A stretch of 64,000 nucleotides of DNA from Euprymna scolopes. Lineage: Eukaryota. Numbering within the stretch: position 1 is the stretch's first letter; each line of letters begins with the position of its first letter. Below are positions 60,049 through 64,000 of the stretch, piece after piece. The position numbers and the translations under genes are program-made. The stretch lies in assembly GCA_053919585.1 (NCBI GenBank), contig CM132790.1; one strand, written 5' to 3'. The notes under the pieces are model-generated. The model worked only from the letters and a program-made list of their open reading frames with translations. It was not told where the DNA came from and did no database searches.

Positions 60049-60223
60049 TATATAAATAAGTGTCTCATCAGCGTGACTAGCACAATGAGATTCAACCCTT
60101 AGGCCAAGGAAAGTGCGGCTGCTGCTTGCCAACTATTGCTATAATTAATGGAAGAATTACGCTATTTCTAATACAGAGCTTGCTTACATTAGCCATTCAC
60201 CACTAGTATATGTCAAGACGGAG

Positions 60224-60265
<42 letters not shown>

Positions 60266-62789
60266 TATGGCTGAGTGATAGATTGAACAGTAAAAACACA
60301 AGCAACGAACAATGGTTGTTTCGACAAGAGCTGATTCTTCAATTCATGAGAAAATACCAAATCTGTTGTAATTCTTGAATTATTGATTAAATGTCATTTT
60401 ATGAAACCAGAAGGATGACCTCGAGTGAGCTTAGATCCTGAACAGATTGTGAGAATAGCAGTGTCCTTGGGGCTTAGTTGATAAGCAAGAAATCTAGAAT
60501 AGATGGCTGAACAATCGTCTTTTAGTGAGAATTGGCATGGTGAGCTTAATTGGTGGACGAGGGAGATTGCATCTAACCAATTGGACAACCTTCCCTGATA
60601 TAAAACACGGTTGCACACACTTGCTGGCTGAGTTGCAGAATTTACCAAGAGTGGCACAAGGTTGTTTGGTGTGAAGCAAACTGATCCTAAGGATTGACAG
60701 TTGAGAAAATCTTCAATACTTTTGAAGATTCACAAAGCACCTTGGAAATTAGCAACTCAGTTACCCAAAGAACTGAACACCCTCCAAGAAAAAAAAAACG
60801 ACAGTTACCAGCTCATAAGTTTGGTTGGATATGACCAAGTGACTGAAAAAAAACTTAATTCGCTCAACTTGGTTGAGGAAACAAAAAAATAAGAGAGAAC
60901 CAATGCAAAACATTCAATAGTTGATAACGAGTAAAACTGGATGCCCCCTCCTTTCCTTTCTCATCAAAAAGATCTATGGTTGCTGTTATTCATCCAGATA
61001 AAGATAAAGAGAAGAAAAAAAAAAGAAAGAAAAATGATATGCGCAACATAACTTATTGACTTTATTTTTATTTTTTTTTACTATATTTTATCACTTATAA
61101 TTTTTACTTTTTGTTATTCTTCCATTGAGCAGGACACTTGTACAGTGTTAACATTGGTGATAATATATAACCCGAAAACCAAAACAAAGATTTGTGTAGT
61201 ATTTTTTTGTGTTTATTCCTGTCTTTTGATTCGCTCCTGTTTTGGAACAATCGCCAACAACATTCTTTTTCAGCACCATTGACAACAGTGACGCCACATA
61301 AACCGATTGAATGAAGATCTCTTTTTTATGGTAAGTGTGCTTTACAGCACATGAAAACATAAGTTGCCAGGTTTGGAAACATTGGGTTGATTAAGACTAG
61401 CGAACATGGGATCACAAGAACTCTATAGCTGTCTGAGCTTGACTTTGAAATGGCTTAATAAGAGTTTGTTGCTTGGATGATGTCATAATTGTATTGTGAC
61501 CAAAGATTTTGTATCTTTGTAACCGGCATGGAACTCTGACCTGTTATAGTTGGTGACCATAATCACAGATTCCATGTAACTCACAAGAGGTCAGCCACGT
61601 GATCCTCAAGTGGTTTATAACTAATCCTGTCGCCCAATGCGTGTTATATTTTTATTTCCCTCTTCAGCATCATTCAAGTTATTCTTATATCAAAACTTTC
61701 ACTAACATGCATTCGCTATTCTTTCTTGAACAAAATGACAACAAACTTTTATTTTTAATTCGTTTTGCATATTCAACACATGATGATGTTGTTGATATTT
61801 ACTAGTGGTCTTTCCAATGCCTATCATTTTGATAATTAAAAAGTCTATTTTTCTGCCATCTTCGAAAAATGACATTTTATTATTCTGCCTGCAATTTGGA
61901 CTTTTTTTAATCATGTGCAAAACACATATAACCGCTGACCATCCATGTTTATACTAACAAGACAAACCTATGCTGTCCGGATAGCAATAGTGTTATATAA
62001 AATAACCTAATACTTTCTCAGAGGAATTCTTGACTACTAAACTTCCATCTCTTTCCATATCAGATATTTAGGCCTTTGATTTCTAGTCGTTTTGCTCTGA
62101 GACTTCCAATTGTCTTCCTACCTATCTTAGGTCCCCTATTTGAGCCACGTTACTTTACATGTGCTAATAAGTTGATGTGATAGTTGAGTACATACTGACT
62201 TCATGACTCCGATATCATTCGGTTTTGAAACTCAAATCATCAGACTAGAAATGCACTCATTACTTTTGTATAATTATATCAATCCTGATTTTCCATCCAA
62301 TTTTCATTCAACAAGGCCAGAAGTGAAAGACTTACATCAAATCTGTTGCTAAAATAAATGGTAAAATAGTTGTATCATTCAATCGATCAAGAAAATATCC
62401 AACTCAGATTCAGCCCTAAATTGAAAGCTGCTGCCACATCTGAGAACACATTCTTCAACAGATTACAAAATCGACTCAGTAATTTGATGAGATTATTTCT
62501 AGCCCTCTGTAGCCTTTTTCTCACAGAAAAAAAATGTCGATAATCTTTTAGTAGGTTACCAATATTTCCATAAAAAGTCCTCAACTGAGCTTTAAGCTTT
62601 GATTTAGATTGAAAATACCTTCTCAGCAAGAACACCCTTTCTAATAAAACTGGAAAGGATCCCTTTTTTCCTATGTGTATCTAAAATCAAACAAAACTTC
62701 CATGAAGAAAGATACTTTGCAAGCTCTTCACACCTGTGGGTTATGTTACTGTAGTGAAACTGAACAACACTGAGGTTACAAAATAATGC

Positions 62790-64000
62790 GCACAAGAACA
62801 TTCCAACTATCATCAATGGACCTGAGGTAATCTCGTCAGCATCAGACAAAGCCAAACTCTTTGTCAAGAATTTTGTAGCTAATTCTACCTTTTGCGATCA
62901 AGGCCGCCAACCCCCAATATTTCCTCCTGTATCTGAAAACACACTATGTGATATACGTATATCTGTACGTGATGTTGCCAAGCTAATCAAAAACCTTGAT
63001 TCCAGTAAAGCAACTGGCCCTGACAGTATTCCAATTATAGTACTCAAAAAACTTCAACCTGAACTAGCGCCCATACTTACAAAACTATTTAAACGTTGTC
63101 TTAAGGAGAATAGTTTCCCATCTCCCTGGAAAATTTCATCTGTATGCCCTGTATTTAAGAATTCAGGTGATCGCTCATCCCCCTCTCAGTACAGGCCAAT
63201 AAGTCTCCTGTGCGTCATGAGTAAGTTGCTGGAATCTGTGTTAAATACAGAAGTAATCAACCATCTCAACAAAAATAACCTTCTTAGTGACACTCAATAT
63301 GGTTTCCGTTCTGCTAGATCTACAGCAGATGTGCTTACAGTTATATCTCATAGGATTAGCAAATCTCTCGACGGAGGCAACCTTTCTAGGGCAATTGCTC
63401 TTGACATATCTAAGGCCTTTGATAGGGTATGGCATAAAGGTTTACTTCATAAGATCTCTAGCTATGGTATAGCTGGAAACGTCTTCTCAATTATTAAATC
63501 ATTTCTTTCTGATAGGTTCATAAGAGTAGTAGTTGATGGGCAACAATCAGAAGCCCACAGTATTAATGCTGGTGTCCCTCAGGGGTCCATCCTGGGCCCA
63601 ACTCTTTTCCTGATCTACATTAATGATCTTCCAAATCACATCCTTACATCATTTGTAGACATTTATGCTGACGACACTACCATTTATGGTAGCACATCTA
63701 AGACAGTAAATGACCAAGTTCTCTCCAATTCTCTCTCCTCTGATCTTGAGCATGTAGTACAATGGGGAAAGGAGTGGCTGGTTACTTTTAATGCATCTAA
63801 AACCAAGCTTCTCTCTTTACATCATCAACATTCTGATCCACATCTGGCATCAATTGAAATGAATGGCTCTCGTCTTCAGGAGGCCTCAAGTTTTGACAAG
63901 CTTCTGGGCTTGACCGTTACTCCTGATCTTAAATGGAACACGTACATCAAATCTGTTGCCAAGGCCGCTGGAAAAATGGTGGGATCTTTCTATCGATCCA
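62790..64000 (+). mobile_element. Young 5'-truncated CR1/Zenon-like LINE; RT frame uninterrupted to the window end
   Basis: Frame from 62794 reads KATGPDSIP, FPSPWKIS.VCPVFK, YRPISLL, QYGFR, ALDISKAFDRVWH, GVPQGSILGPTLFLIYINDL, YADD, W.VTFNASKT with no stop for ~400 codons (absent from the ORF track because no stop is reached). Confidence 0.95.

Noticed and set aside
62387-62760. Minus-strand ORFs of 82-87 aa
   Set aside because: No recognisable domain or splice support; one overlaps antisense LINE.

Overview
AT-rich animal (invertebrate, probably arthropod; inference from TE families and codon context) repeat-dominated, heterochromatin-like window. 1-9960 is a near-homogeneous 121-bp satellite (~82 units). 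Its monomer is a piece of the integrase gene of the adjacent dead Bel/Pao LTR retrotransposon (to ~15250, minus strand), which is itself split by a CR1/Zenon-like LINE. 18661-36281 is a diverged 25-bp satellite with irregular higher-order structure. The only convincing host gene is an intronless 8-finger C2H2 ZNF ORF (38784-39623), flanked by its own partial duplicates and a 5S-derived SINE. 39800-52500 is an old, degenerate ~88-bp satellite carrying many insertions: Helitron-like elements, TIR elements, mariner and DD37D transposons, 5S-headed SINEs and LINE tails. Several of these contain young internal tandem arrays. The right end has two hammerhead-ribozyme-bearing Penelope/retrozyme-like insertions, tRNA-derived repeats and a young LINE RT that is open to the window edge. 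I do not see a demonstrably new protein-based system. The most notable signals are repeated birth of satellites from TE sequence, a hammerhead-containing non-coding element with terminal redundancy and TSD, and modular 5S SINEs. All assignments are by eye and need database confirmation.
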